The translations under genes were made by a program, and so were the position numbers. Under the pieces are notes generated by a model. That model saw only the letters and a list, made by a program, of their open reading frames with translations, ran no database searches and had not been told where the DNA came from. Of a DNA stretch of 64,000 bases, positions 24,396-37,491 are shown one piece after another; the stretch's first letter is position 1; every line of letters starts with the position of its first letter. This DNA comes from Mobula hypostoma (lineage: Eukaryota): NCBI RefSeq assembly GCF_963921235.1, contig NC_086109.1, positions 33,668,001-33,732,000 of the forward strand, read 5' to 3'.

Positions 24396-25917
24396 CTTCA
24401 ATCTTTTTATTAATTTTAGAATATATAAACAAAACATAGCAATGATACAAATAATAGGAGATAAATTGTTACACTTACAAACAGAAATCGTAAAGTCCAA
24501 TATTGAAATTTGACAAAGCTCCCAATCATATAAAACTAATAACGGATAATACAAATCAAAAAAAACTTTAAAAAAAATCATGAAAAAGAAAAAAAAACAA
24601 AACAAAAAAATCCCATCCCAAAAGAAAGACAAAATTAATCAACTAAACTAAAAGACTTGGGCAAATCTAAGAACTTAAAAATGAAAAAGAAGAAAACCTC
24701 AGTGCCGACGATTCCATCCCCCTCCAACAGCAATACAGAGAAATAAAATAAGTTTGGAAATAAAGATATTACATTAAGTGAAAATGCTGAATGAATGGCC
24801 TCCAAGTTTTTTCAAACTTGATGGAAGGGTCATAAACTGCACTTCTAATTTTCTCCAAATTCAAACACAGCATAGTTTGTGAAAACCAATGAAATACCTT
24901 AGGAGGGTTAATCTCTTTCCAATTCAACAAAATAGACCTTCTAGCCATTAAAGTAAGAAATGCAATCATACTTCGTGATGAAGAGGTTAAATTATTTAAG
25001 TCTATCATTGATAGTCCAAAAATAGCAGTAATTGGATGCAGTTGTAAGTCTATATTTAAAACTGTTGAAATAATATCAAAAATATCTTTCCAATATTTCT
25101 GCAACAGGGGACATGACCAAAAATGTGGGTCGGAATGACATCTGTCACATATTGGATTAATATAAGAGTAATAACGAGATAGTTTATCTTTGGACATATG
25201 AGCCCTGGGCACTACTTTAAACTGTATCAACACATGTTTAGCACATACAGAGGATGAATTCACCAACTGAAGAATTTTTTCCCATTTTTCAGTCGGTATA
25301 TTAATCTCAAGTTCTCTTTCCCAGTCAGCTTTAATTTTATTAGAAGCATCAGGACATAAATTCAAAATTATATCGTATATGATTGCTACAACACTTTTCT
25401 GAGAGAGATTTAAATCTAAATTTTTTTCCAAAATATCCGTTGGATATGGATGTGGGAAATTAGGGGAAACAGTAATTAAAAAATTTCTAATCTGTAAATA
25501 TCTAAAAAAGTGAGATCTGGGTAAGTTATATTTATTAGAAAGTTGATCAAAAGACATAAAACAATTATCCATAAATAAATCGTTAAAAGATATTATACCT
25601 CTGATTTTCCAATCAGAGTAAGCTTGATCCATCGTGGAAGGTTGAAAAAGAAAGTTTGACAAGATGGGACTTGCTAGGATAAATTGATTGAACCCAAAAA
25701 ATCTTCGGAATTGAAACCATATACGTAAAGTATGCTTAACTATTGGGTTATTCATTTGTTTATATAATTTAAAAGAAGTAAAAGGAAGTGAAGTTCCTAA
25801 AACCGAACCCAAGGAAAGCCCTTGTAATGAATTAGATTCAAGATTTACCCAATGAGGATTTAAAGATATATCCAGATCTCTTAACCAAAATTTTAAATAT
25901 CAAATATTAATTGCCCA
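24396..25917 (-). mobile_element. 5'-truncated fish-type L1 LINE (ORF2 C-terminus and 3' UTR)
   Basis: ORF 24769..25812 (347 aa): HFFRYLQIRNF, WERELEINI, LIQFKVV, CDRC...HFWSCP, FEKTWRPF; AATAAAAAGATTGAAG 3' end; perfect 15-bp TSD ACTAAACAACATCTT at 24381-24395 and 25918-25932. Confidence 0.92.
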
Positions 25918-26790
25918 ACTAAACAACATCTTAATGTAGGTATTGCTGTTGTCCAGGTGATCCAAGGCCGAGTGGAGAGCCAGTGATATTGATTCCAGTG
26001 CAGAGCTAGATAGAGAAATTACAACAAGTCCAGGTCCTTGCTTGGGTAGGAGGTGATTCCAGCCATGATAAACCTCCCAAAGCGCTTTATCACAGTGGAT
26101 GTGAGTGCCACTGGGCAATAGTCATTGAGGTAGCTCATGCTGCTCTTCGTGGGCACTGGTATGATTGTTGCCATTTTGAAGCAGGTTGGAACCTCTGACT
26201 GAAGTAGTGAGAAACTGAAGATGTCCTTGAACACTCACATCAGTTGGTTTTGGTTGGCACAGGCTTTCAGAGACGTACCAGGTACACCATCAAGAGCTGA
26301 CACTTACAAGTGTTCACCCTCTTCAAAGATGTTCCGATGTTGGCATGTGAGACAAGGATCTCAGGGTCACCCGATGCTGCAGGTATTCACACAGGTATAG
26401 TTTTATTCTCCCTTTCAAAGTGTGTTTAAAAGGCATTGAGATCACCTGGGCACATCACAGCCATTTATGATATTAGGTTTCGCTTTGTCGGAAGTCATGG
26501 CCTACAAACCCTGCCAGAGCAGACGTGCATCAGGTTCAATCTCTAACCTCAATCGGAACAGTTTTCTTGTCCTTAAAATAGCCTTCTGCAGTTTGTACCT
26601 GGACATTTTGTATAGTTCTGCATCGCCAGACTAGCATACCACAGACCTAGCTCTCAGCAAGTTACAAATTTCCTTGTTCATCCATCGCTTTTGTGTTTAC
26701 TGGGTACGTTCTTGAAGGCCGCACTTATCCGGACCAGTCTTGATGAAGTTGGTGACAACTGTGGCATATTCATACAGATTTGGAGATGAA

Positions 26791-29700
26791 TCACAAGATC
26801 GCAAGACAAAGGAGCAGATGTAGACCATTCGGCCCATCGAGTCTGCTCTGCAGCTCCCTCATGAGCTAAAATATTCACCCACCTAGTTCCAGTTTCCGGC
26901 TTTATCCCCATATCCCTTGATACCCTGACTAATTAGAGCCGTCTCTATTTCCTGAGGAGACTGAGGTTCTTTAACATCTGCCGGACGATACTGAGGATGT
27001 TTTACGAGTCTGTGGTGGCCAGTGCTATCATGTTTGCTGTTGTGTGCTGGGGCAGCAGGCTGAGGATAGCAGACACCAACAGAATCAACAAACTCATTCG
27101 TAAGGCCAGTGATGTTGTGGGGATGGAACTGGACTCTCTCACGGTGGTGTCTGAAGAGAGGATGCTGTCTAAGTTACATGCCATCTTGGTCAATGTCTCC
27201 CATCCACTACATAATGTACTGGGTGGGCACAGGAGTACATTCAGCCAGAGACTCATTCCTCCGAGATGCAGCACAGAGCGTCATAGGAAGTCATTCCTGC
27301 CTGTGGCTATCAAACCTTACAACTCCTCCCTTGGAGGGTCACACATCCTGAGCTGATAGGCTGGTCTTGGACATATTTCATAATTTACTGGCATAATTTA
27401 CATATTACTATTTAACTATTTATTACTATTTTCTATTACTATTTATTATTTCTATGACTATTACTATTTACTATTTACTAATAGTAATATTACTATTACT
27501 ATTTCTATTACTATTTATTATTTATGGTGCAACTGTAAAGAAAACCAATTTCCTCCGGGATCAATAAAGTATGACTATGACTATGAATTAGATACCTGTC
27601 AATCTCCTCCTTAAATACCTTCAATGATCGTGCTTCCACAACTGTATATGGCAACGAATTCCACAAATCCATGACCCTCTGGCTAAAAAAAATTCTCCTC
27701 ATCTCTGTTTTAACTGGGTACCCTCTAATTCTAAGACTGTGGCCTCTTGTCCTGGACTTACCCACCAAGGGAAACAACCTTTCCACATCTACTCTGTCTA
27801 ACCCTTTCAACATTTGAAATGTTTCTATGAGATCCCCTCTCATTCTTCTATACTCTAGTGAATACAATCCAAGAACCGACAAACGCTCCTCATATGTTAG
27901 CTCCTGCATTCCAGGAATCATCCTCGTAAATCTTCTCTGAACTCTCTCCAACATCAGTACATCCTTTCTAAGATAGGGGGCCCAAAACTGCACGCAGTAT
28001 TCCAAATGAGGTCTCACTAATGCCCCATATAGCCTCATCAACACCTCCTTACTCTTATACACTATTCCTCTTGAAATGAATGCCAACATAGCATTCACTT
28101 TCCTTATCGCCAATCCAACTTGGTGGTAAACCTTTAGGGTATCTTGCACGAGGACCCCCAAGTCCCTTTGCACTTCCAATTTTTGAATTTTCTTCCCATC
28201 TAAATAATAATCTGCCCGATTATTTCTTCTTCCGAAACGTACAACCGTACATTTGTCAACGTTGTATCTCATCTGCCATTTCTTTGCCCACTCTCCAAAA
28301 CTGACTGTCTCTCTGCAACCTTTCCATTTCTTCAACATTTCCTGCTCCTCCACCTATCCTGGTGTCAACTGCAAACTTAGCCACAAAACCATTTAATCCC
28401 TAATCCAAATCATTGATATACATCGTAAAAACAAGTGGCCCCAACACCGACCCCTGCGGAACACCACTAGTAACCGGCAACCAATCAAAATAGGATCCCT
28501 TTATTTCCACCCTTTGCTTTCTGCCTATCAGCCAATGCTCCACCCATTTCAATATCTTTCCTATAATTCTATAGGCTCTCATCTTATTAAGCAGCCTCAT
28601 TTGCGGCACCTTATCGAAGGCCTTTTGAAAATCCAAATACACAACATCCACAACCTCTCCCTTGTCAATCTTAATCGAGATTACCTCAAAAAAATCCAAT
28701 AGGTTGGTGAGACAGGATCTTCCCTTCATGAAACCATGTTGGCTTCGGCCTATCTTGTCATGCACCTTGAGGTGTTTCATAACCTCGTCCTTGAGGATTG
28801 ACTCCAATATCTTTCCAACTACCGATGTCAGACTAATAGGTCTGTAATTTTCTTTTTGCTGCCTCCTTCCTTTCTTAAATAACGGAACTACATTTGCGAC
28901 CTTCCAGTCCTCCGGAACCATGCCAGAGTCTATTGATTCCTGGAAGATCATTTCCAATGCTTCCACAATCTCCAAAGCCCCCACCTCCTTCAGAACCCTT
29001 GGGTGCACCTCATCCGGACCGGGAGACTTATCTATTCTTAGTCCACTTAGCTTCCCAAGCACTTTCTCTCTAGTAATCTTGACTGTACCTAATTCTATTC
29101 CCTGATACCTCTGGCTATCAGGTATATTGCTCATGTCTTCCACTGTGAAGACTGATGCAAAATACTCATTCAGTTCCTCCGCCATCTCTTTGTTATCCAT
29201 TATAATTTCTCCAGCATCATTTTCAATCGGTCCCGTATCTGCCTTTGTCACCCTTTTACTCTTCATATATTTAAAAAAACTCTTAGTATCCTTTTTTATG
29301 TTAATCGCCAACTTCCTTTCATAATTCATCTTTTCTTTCCTAATGACTTTCTTAGTTTCCTTCTGTAAGTTTTTAAAAGTCTTCCAGTCCTCATTTTTCC
29401 CACTAATTTTTGCTTCCTTGTACGCTGTTTCTTTTGCTTTTATTTTTGCCTTAACCTCTCTCATTAGCCACATTTGTGCCATTTTTCCATTCATGATTTT
29501 CTTTTTTCTTGGAATATATTTTTCCTGCATTTTCCTTATTTCTTGTAGGAATTTCATTCAATTCTGCTCTGCCGTCCCTCCATTTAGCTTACTTTTCCAA
29601 TCGACTCGGGCCAGTTCCTCTCTCATACCACTGTAATTTCCCCTGTTCCACTGAAATATCGATACACCTGATACCAGCTTCTCCTTTTCAAATTTGAAAC

Positions 29701-30315
29701 TGAACTCAATCATATTATGATCACTTCCAAGGGGTTCCTTTACCTCCAGCTCCCTAATCACCTCAGGTTCGTTACACAGCACCCAGTCCAAAACAGCCGG
29801 TCCCCTGGTGGGCTTCTGGACAAGCTGCTCCAAAAAGCCATCCTGTAGGCATTCTACAAACTCCCTCTCCTGAGATCCATTACCTTCCTGACTTTCCCAA
29901 TCCACTTTCATATTAAAATCCCCCATAATTGTCTTGACATTTTCCTTCTGACACACTTTTTCTATTTCCAGCTGCAACTTGTAGTCCACATCCTGGCTGC
30001 TGTTTGGAGGCCTGTATATAACTGCTATTAGTGTCTTTTTACCCTTGCCATTTCTTAATTCTACCCATAAGGATTCTGCCTCTTCTGATCCTATGTCCCT
30101 TCTTTCTATTGATTTGATATTGTTACTTACCATCAGGGCCACGCCACCCCCTTTACCTACCTCCCTATCCTTCCTATACACTGCGTATCGTTGGATATTC
30201 AGCTCCCAATCACATCCATCATTTAGCCATGACTCGGTGATGGCCACAATGTCATATCTTTTAACCTGCAGCTGTGCAGCAAGGTCATCCACTTTATTTC
30301 TAATGCTGCGTGCAT
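26791..30315 (-). mobile_element. CR1 LINE with almost complete ORF2 (APE + RT), few disablements
   Basis: ORFs 29558..30292 (AITESWL, YRPPNS, GDFN, GSDHN), 28400..29557 (NYRPISLTS, YLDFQKAFDKV, SGVPQGSVLGP), 27511..28353; CACAAGAT tail at 26792-26806. Confidence 0.95.
26938..27585 (+). mobile_element. Young 5'-truncated Rex1-type LINE nested in CR1
   Basis: ORF 26997..27356 (FYESVVASAIMFAVVCWG...RHRKSFLPVAIK); tail CCGGGATCAATAAAGTATGA(CTATGA)2; 7-bp TSD AATTAGA at 26931-26937 and 27586-27592. Confidence 0.92.
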
Positions 30316-30822
30316 CCCAAAATATTGTCCAGTCTACTGACTCAAAATACTCCTGTACATACTCCTCTGCATCCCTTGACCATACCTTTTGGTCCTCACC
30401 ACTGGTGCTGTGGTCATTACTCTCTGCCTATACCCTGGGAGTAGAAGTCCAGCCAGGTGATGAAGCTTTCCAAACTGCGGGTGTGGGATGGCACAGTAGA
30501 CGTTCTTGGCGGTGGTATAGCAGTGATCTAGTGTGTTGGATCCTCTGGTTCCACAGGTGATATGTTGGTGCTAGTTGTTCAAAGAGTTCTTCAAACTGGC
30601 CTGGTTGAAATCTTGCCCAGTGATAGGGAAGGCATCAGAGTGTGCTGTTTCATGCTTGCTAATTACATTGCTCAGCTCCTCCAGTACCTAGCTGACATTG
30701 GTCTGATGTGGAATGCGCACCACTGCCAGGATGGTGACGAAACACTCACTCAGCAGGTAGAATAGACGACATTCAACTGCAAGACGTTCCAGGTTAGCTG
30801 AGCAGGACTGAGACAGAGCTGC

Positions 30823-31145
30823 CCTCTGGTTTTTTTTTCTCCCCTAGCCTCAGTGGAAAAAGACTGCTTGCATTCACTCTATCTATATCCATCATAATTT
30901 TATATACCTCTATCAAACCTCCCCTCATTCTTCTACGCTCCAGGGAATAAAGTCCTAACCTATTCAAACTTTCTCTGTAACTCAGTTTCTCAAGTCCCAG
31001 CAACATCCTTGTAAACCTTCTTTGCACTCTTTCAACCTTATTAATTTCCTTCCTGTAATGTGGTGACCAAAACTGCACACAATACTCCAAATTCAGCTTC
31101 ACCAATGTCTTATACAACCTCACCATAATATTCCAACTCCATAAC
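30823..31145 (-). mobile_element. CR1 fragment, same subfamily as the 43.7-46.8 kb copy
   Basis: ORF 30794..31165 nearly matches 46144..46740 (LEKLSYRE.LNRLGLYSLERRRMRG...DRVNAS.LFPLR.GEKK). Confidence 0.9.
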
Positions 31146-31213
31146 AAAACATAACACCATAACATAACATTTCAATTGTACCTAATGCCTAATCCTATGA
31201 TACAATTGACCAG

Positions 31214-31306
31214 CCACTGGACATTTCCATGTTTGAAAATGAGCCATCTAGTATTCTGTTCTGGGCACAGATTCTGTGATGGAGGCAGAAAGGATGGCTG
31301 GAATAG
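31214..31306 (+). other. Candidate exon A (acceptor at 31214 or 31271; 93 or 36 nt)
   Basis: Strong donor TAG|GTAAGT after 31306 in non-repeat sequence; CAG acceptors at 31211-31213 and 31268-31270 with weak pyrimidine tracts; CCTAAT twice upstream. Confidence 0.3.
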
Positions 31307-31654
31307 GTAAGTGTCTTCATTCCTGACAATGATGGATGATCAATGGTTTACTTATTGTTTCAAAGCTGGTGGGCATCAACTATGGGAGGCTCTGACATTG
31401 TTTGATTCCCATTGGTACAATACGAGGGACAATTTTACATTTTGCATTCAAATGTTACATCTCTCAGTTGCCATATATCCAAAGGAAATTGACCTAAGCA
31501 CTTACACATGGTTATAACAATCCTTAAATGTCTTTCACTTTAACCAGAATCATCAATATTTCTTTAAGAAAAAAGTATTAATACCTCCTGCTGCTTATCT
31601 TCTTTTTTACTTTATAATCTGTTATTTTCCAGTCTTCTTTGGAGAATTCTGCCA

Positions 31655-32850
31655 TTATAAGACCATAAAGAATTGGCAGAGAATCATGCCATTCAGCCCA
31701 TCAATTCCTCTCTGTTATTTCGTCATGGTTGATTTATTTTCTATCTCAATCCCATTCTTCTGCCTTTTCGTTGTAACCTTTGATGCCTTTACCAATCAAG
31801 AAACCACCAGGCTCCATTTTAAATATATCCAATGACTTGGCCTCCACAGCCATCTGTGGCAATGAATTTCACAGATTCACTACTCTTCTGGCTTCAGAAG
31901 TTCTTCCTCACCTCTGATCTTAAAGGACTTCCCTTTACTCTGAAGCTGTGCTCTCTGGTCCTAGATTCTCCCACGATAGGGAACATCATCTTCCTACCCA
32001 CTCTATCTGGGCCTTTTAATGTATAATAGGTTTTAATGAGAGCCCCCTCATTCTTCTAGACTCCAGTGAGTACAGGCCCAGAGCCCTCAAATGCTCTTCA
32101 TCAGTTGTCTCCCTCATTTCCAGGATCATTCTTTCTTTCTTAGAAATTGGGTCCAAAACTGCTCATAATACTGCAAATATGGACTGATCCATACCTTATA
32201 AAAATGCTGCATGATATATTTGTTTTTACTTAAGTTTAACACGCTAGATTCATACTTAATTTCATCACTTTCAAACAGAATGTAACATTATTTCACTGAC
32301 ACTGTTTCCAGAGGATCTTTCACTAAGAAGTCATTAGTTAATCGTTTCCCATTGCATCTGATGGAGTTTAAAATAGCTTGTTTCTTGGTTGACGTTAAGA
32401 CACTGTCCAGAATGCACAGCAAATTTATTCTTGAGACTATCCTTGCCAGTTTTGTTTGTTCAATCTGTATTCAGATTAATGATGCCAATGATGATTGGAG
32501 TAAGTTTGTGGGTTGATACTCTGTCTTACAGTATGGCTGTTGTGAGCAGACAACACTGCTGGTGACTTCTTTTGTTTATTATTTCTCCTCTCTGTCCAAC
32601 AAACATCTTGATCTTTCATTTTTATCTACTCTACTGATGTCATCCTTACTAACAGCTCTACCTAACTTCTATCTCCTCTCCCTGCTTTGAAACCTCAAAT
32701 AGAATGGAACATTGGTCACTTTGCAGCCATGTACCTGTAACTGCTATTGGATCATTTCTGTTTGGACTATCTAGTCATCTATCATGCTAAGGGTGCAGTT
32801 TACACTTGTTTTATGCTGACTTAATACAACTAAGTCTAGTTTTTCTTTGA
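31655..32850 (-). mobile_element. CR1 3' end plus older CR1 EN remnants
   Basis: ATAAGACCATAA tail; AATGACTTGGCCTCCACAGCC...AATGAATTTCACAGATTCAC as in other minus-strand CR1 ends; distal part highly decayed. Confidence 0.7.
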
Positions 32851-32875
32851 ATATCTAATACCTGCATTGAGGTAG

Positions 32876-33878
32876 ATGGCCTGTGGTGTTCCACAGGAAT
32901 CTGTTCTGGGACACCTCCTGTTTCTTTTTTTTATAAATGTCCTTGATAAGGAAGTAGAAAGGTGGGTCGGTAAGTTTGCTGATGACACAAAAATTGGGGG
33001 TGTTGTGGATAGTCTGGAGAGTTGTCAGAGGTCACAGTGGGACATTGCTAGGATGCAGAACTGGACTGAGAAGTGGCAGATGGAGTTCAACCCAGATAAG
33101 AGTGAAGTGGTTCATTTCGGTAGGTCAAATTTGAAGACAGAATATAATATTAATGCTAAGACTCTTGGCAGTATGGAGAATCAGAGGGATTTTGGAGTCC
33201 ATGCCCATAGGGCACACAAAGCTCCTGTGCAAGTTGACAGTGTTGCTAGAAGGTGTATGGTGTGTGGTCTTCATCAACCATGGGATTGAGTCCAAGAGCT
33301 GTGGAGGTAATGTTACAGCTATCTAAGACCTTAGTTTGACCCCACTTGAAATACTGTGTTCAGTTCTGGTTATCTCACTAAAGGAAGGATGTGGATACAA
33401 TAGAGAGAGCGCAGAGGAGACTTACAAGGATGTTGCCTGGATTGGAGAGCTTGCCTTATAAGAATAGGTTGAGCGAACTTGGCCTGTTCTCACTGGAGTG
33501 ATGGAGGATGAGAGGTGACCTGAAAGAGGAATATAAGATGATGAGAGGCATTGATCGTGTGGATAGCCAGAGCCTTTTTCCCAGGGCTGTAATAGTAATA
33601 GTAAATTGGGGGCAGAGTAATAATGTGCTTGGAAGTAGGTACAAGGGGGATGTTATAGATAAGTTTTTCATACAGACAGTGGTGGGTGCGTGGAATCCAT
33701 AGAGGCAATACAATAGGGTCTTTTAAGAGACTCTTAGATAGGTACGTGGAGCTTAGAAAAATAGAGGGCTATGCAGTAGGGAAATTCTAGGCAGTTTCTA
33801 GAGGGGTTACATGGTCGGCACAACATTGTGGGCCAAAGGGCCAGTAATGTGCTGTAGATTTCTATATTTTATGTTTTG
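32876..33878 (+). mobile_element. CR1 RT-to-3' UTR fragment
   Basis: ORF 32876..33289 (GVPQESVLG, KFADDTKIGG, WQMEFNPDK), 33508..33702; tail GTGCTGTAGATTTCTAT. Confidence 0.92.
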
Positions 33879-34811
33879 TGTATGTAAGTAGATTGGACAG
33901 CAACATTAAGACTTTTAATAGGAAATGGAGTAATCTCACAAGAATTAATGGCTGGCTTGTTGAGTATTTCTCATGTTTTCTATTTTTATACAACTATCCA
34001 GAGTTATGAACTCACTAGTAAACCATTGACAAAAACAGATCTTTCTTTGCTGGTATAATAATGATGCAAGCCAAGCGATGTAAAGCTCCACGATGTGAAA
34101 CATCTTGCTATGATCATTACCAGAGAAATGGCCATTCAATCTTCTTTGAATGTAGTTCATATAATGTTTTCAAGATATATAATTGAAGCAGGTTCCTCAC
34201 TAAGCTGATGGAAGAAAGGCTGCATTCCTTTTTCCTGATATTAATTATGACAGGAGAAAAAGCTTCAAAAAAAGAGAAGGCATTTCTGTTCAATCAATGA
34301 GGACCGTATCTGCTTAAAGACAACCAAGTCTTAGAAATTTGTACTTAAGACATCTGGTCTACAGAGCATAATAGATCTTACAGGAACCGTTTCTATACCC
34401 AGAAATTTATATCAATATTTCATTTTTGGACTGGTTCAGTAAACTTCAGCTGTTTACTGCCACTTCATCAATAACTACTGCTCCTCTGAGATTGAAAAGA
34501 TAGTGATAAATGAAAATCTGCTGAATGTACAAGTTGTATATTACTGGTGATGGCCCAGTTTTGTGTTAGAGAGAGAAAGGTCACATATTTTATATTTTTC
34601 CATATCTGGGTGTCTGTACTATAAATGTCTCTGATCATATAAAATCTACAAAATTTATCTGATTACTTGATTTGTGGTTTGAAGTGTGAGAAATTTGTTA
34701 GAAAGAATGTGCTTGTCTCCTTGGTATCCAAAGCTTGTGAGAACAGAGAAAACGTCAACTGCATAAGATTGCATTTTATTCCACTACTGGGTTACATCAT
34801 GTTTGGGATAT

Positions 34812-35010
34812 GAAAGGCAAAAACCTGCAGATACTGGGCATTTGAAAACAGAAAGTGTGAGTGGAGACACTTGAGCAGTGTCTGTGGGGAAGAGAGGTGG
34901 AGTTATTGGTTTAGAATGATGGAAGGCAATCAACCTGAATTGGTAACTCTGTTTCTCCCTCCACTAATGAAGCAGAACCTGTTGAGCATCTCAAGCACTT
35001 TCTATTTTAG
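34812..35010 (-). mobile_element. Highly decayed Penelope-type tail pieces in both orientations
   Basis: CTGCAGATACTGG...GTGGAGACACTTGAGCAG and ACTCTGTTTCTCCCTCCACT...CCTGTTGAGCATCTCAAGCAC. Confidence 0.45.
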
Positions 35011-35489
35011 AAATATTTTAAGATACATATTGTAGATGAAATAGTGAAGATATAAAGATGAGTAGTATGAAGGGTTAATTTTTGCATGTGTAAAGATGGA
35101 AGGCTACATACTCAACAATTTTGTATTTAATTAGCAGTTTGCCCTTGAAAGTCCACAGGGAAATAAGTAGGATGATAATGTAGATCAAAGATGTCGCGGT
35201 GGGGGTGGAATGGAATTTGGCGCTTTGATGACAGAAGAATGCCTGTACATTGAGTGAAGGAGTTGTAAAGGTACTACGTCTATGAGTATGCTTTAAAAAA
35301 GGCTGATTCTATACAATTGTGGAGAAACCATGAACTATCTCCCCCCACTATTTTGATCAAAATAAATGTGCTTCTGACTTGAAGAATGAATCAGAATCAG
35401 AACCAGGTTTAGTATCACAGGCATATGTTGTGATATTTGTGGTTTTGCTGCAGCAGTACAATGCAATACATAACAATAATAAAAAGAAT

Positions 35490-36657
35490 ACATCTATGGC
35501 GGATGCGATCTCATTGGTTCTTCACATGGCCTTATGTCACCGGGACATGGTGACATAAACCTATGTCAGGATGCTATTTATTGACTACAGCTCAGCATTT
35601 ATTCTACAGTCCTGCTCAAAAAGCTTCAGAATCTGGGCCTCTGTACCTCTTTCTGCAACAGGAGCCTTGACTTCAAAATCAGAAAACCACAATCTGTGCA
35701 GATTGCTGAAAATCAATACTGGCTCAGCTCAGGGATGTGTGCTCAGCTCCAATGCCATTTAGAAATTTACTGATGATACAACCATTGTTGGCAGAATTTC
35801 AGAAGGTGACAAGAGGGCATACAGGAGGGAGATGCATCAGCTAGTTGAGTGGTGTCGGAGCAAACTCCTTGCACTCAATGTCAGTAAGACCAGAGAACTG
35901 ATTGTGGACTTCAGAAAGGGTAAGATGAGGGAACACACACCAGTCCTCTTAGAGGGATCAGAAGTGGTAAGAGTAAGAAATTTTAAGTTCCTGGGTGTCA
36001 ATATCTCTGAGAATCTATTCTGAGCCCAAGATATCGATGCAATTACAAAGAAGTCATGACAGTGGCTATAATTCATGAGCAGTTTGAGGTGATTTGATAT
36101 GTCACCGAAGAGACTTGCAAATTTCCACAGATGTACAGTGGAGAGTATTCTAACTGGCTGCATCACTGCCTGGTACAGGATGGGTGGAGTGGGGGGGGGA
36201 GTTGCTTCTGTACAGATTGAAATAAACTGCAAAGAGTTGTAAAATTAGTCAGCTCGATAATGGTCACTAGCCTCCATAGTATCCAGGACATCTTCAAGGA
36301 GTGATGCGTCAAAAAGACAGCATCCATCATTAAGGACTATCATCATCCAGGTCATGGCTTGTACTCATTGCTACCATCAGGAAGGAGGTACAGAAGCCTG
36401 AAAACACACACTCAGTGATTCAGGAACAGCTTTTTACCCTCTGCCATTCGATTTCTGAATGGACATTGAACACATGAACATTACCTCACTACTTTTTTTA
36501 TTTCTGTTTTGTACTACTTATTTAATTTAATTATCATATATATATCTACGGTAATTAGTAATTTTTTTTCTATTATTATGTATCACACTCTTTGCTTATC
36601 ACAAAAGCAATTTTTATGACAAATGTCCATGATATTAAACTTGATTCTGATTCTGAT
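35490..36657 (+). mobile_element. Rex1/Babar LINE RT-3' fragment
   Basis: MLFIDYSSAF, INTGSAQGCVLS (35571..35762), LNVSKTRELIVDFRKG...FKFLGVNISE (35832..36023); tail GATATTAAACTTGATTCTGATTCTGA. Confidence 0.9.
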
Positions 36658-37491
36658 AAATTACAATAAGAAATATATGTATAACTAAATTCAAAAGTAT
36701 TGCAAAAATAGTGAGGTAGTGTTCATGGGTTTATTGTTAGTTCAGTAATCTGATGGTGGAGGGAAAGATGCTATTCCTGAAATGTTGAGTATGTGCTTTT
36801 AGTCTCCTGTACCTCCTCCTTGATGGTAGCAATGCAAACAGGGCATGTACTGGGAGATGGGGGTCTTTAATGATGGATGCCACCTTTTTGAGGCAGCGCC
36901 TTTTGACAATGTCCTCGCTGCTGGGGAGGTTAGCGCCCAAGATGGAACTCATTGGGTTTACAACTTTCTGCAGCTTTTTCTGAACGTGTACAGTGGCCCC
37001 TCCATACCAAACAGTGATTCACCCAGTTAGAATGTTCTTTACGGTACATCTGTAGAAATTTACGAGGGTCTTTGGTGACATACCAAGCCTCCTCAAACTC
37101 TGAATGAAATATAAATGCTGTTGTACTTTCTTTGTAATTGCATCAATATTTTGGACCCAGAAAAGATCTGCAGAGATGTTAACATCCAAGAACTTGAAAC
37201 TGCAGGCTCTTTCCACTGCTGATCCCTCGATGAGAATTGGTATGTGTTCCCTCAGCTTCTACTTCTTGAGTCCACAATCAATTCCTTGGTCTTACTGATG
37301 CTGAGTGCCAGGTTGGTGTTGTGACACCACTCAAACAGCTGATCTATCTTGCTCCTGTATGCCTCCTCATCACCATCTGAAGATCTGCCAAGCTATGACA
37401 TCAGTAACCGTAGATGATGTTTGAGCTGTGCCTAGCCACACAGTTGTGGGTATAGAGAGAGTAGAGCAATGGAATAAGAATGCACCCTTGA

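Larger units (their letters stand above)
22135..30822 (-). mobile_element. Older Rex1/Babar LINE (EN-RT-3' UTR) fragmented by nested insertions
   Basis: Collinear pieces: 3' UTR 22135-22430; 23592-24395 (MLFSDYCLAFNT, GASEGCVLSPLLYSLY, NISKTKELIVDFRK); 25918-26790 (VPTCFKMATIIPVP...LNDYCPVALTS); 30316-30822 (LLLPGYRQR region). Confidence 0.85.

Noticed and set aside
23985..24632. 215-aa ORF with hydrophobic N-terminus
   Set aside because: Chimera of the L1 3' UTR and Rex1 RT read through the insertion junction.
27400..27525. (TATTAC/TATT)n AT-rich repeat
   Set aside because: Simple-repeat expansion within the Rex1 3' UTR; no independent significance.
33900..34800. Unique-looking stretch with ORF 33945..34160 and an AG at ~34364
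   Set aside because: No paired strong splice sites with an open frame and no recognisable homology.
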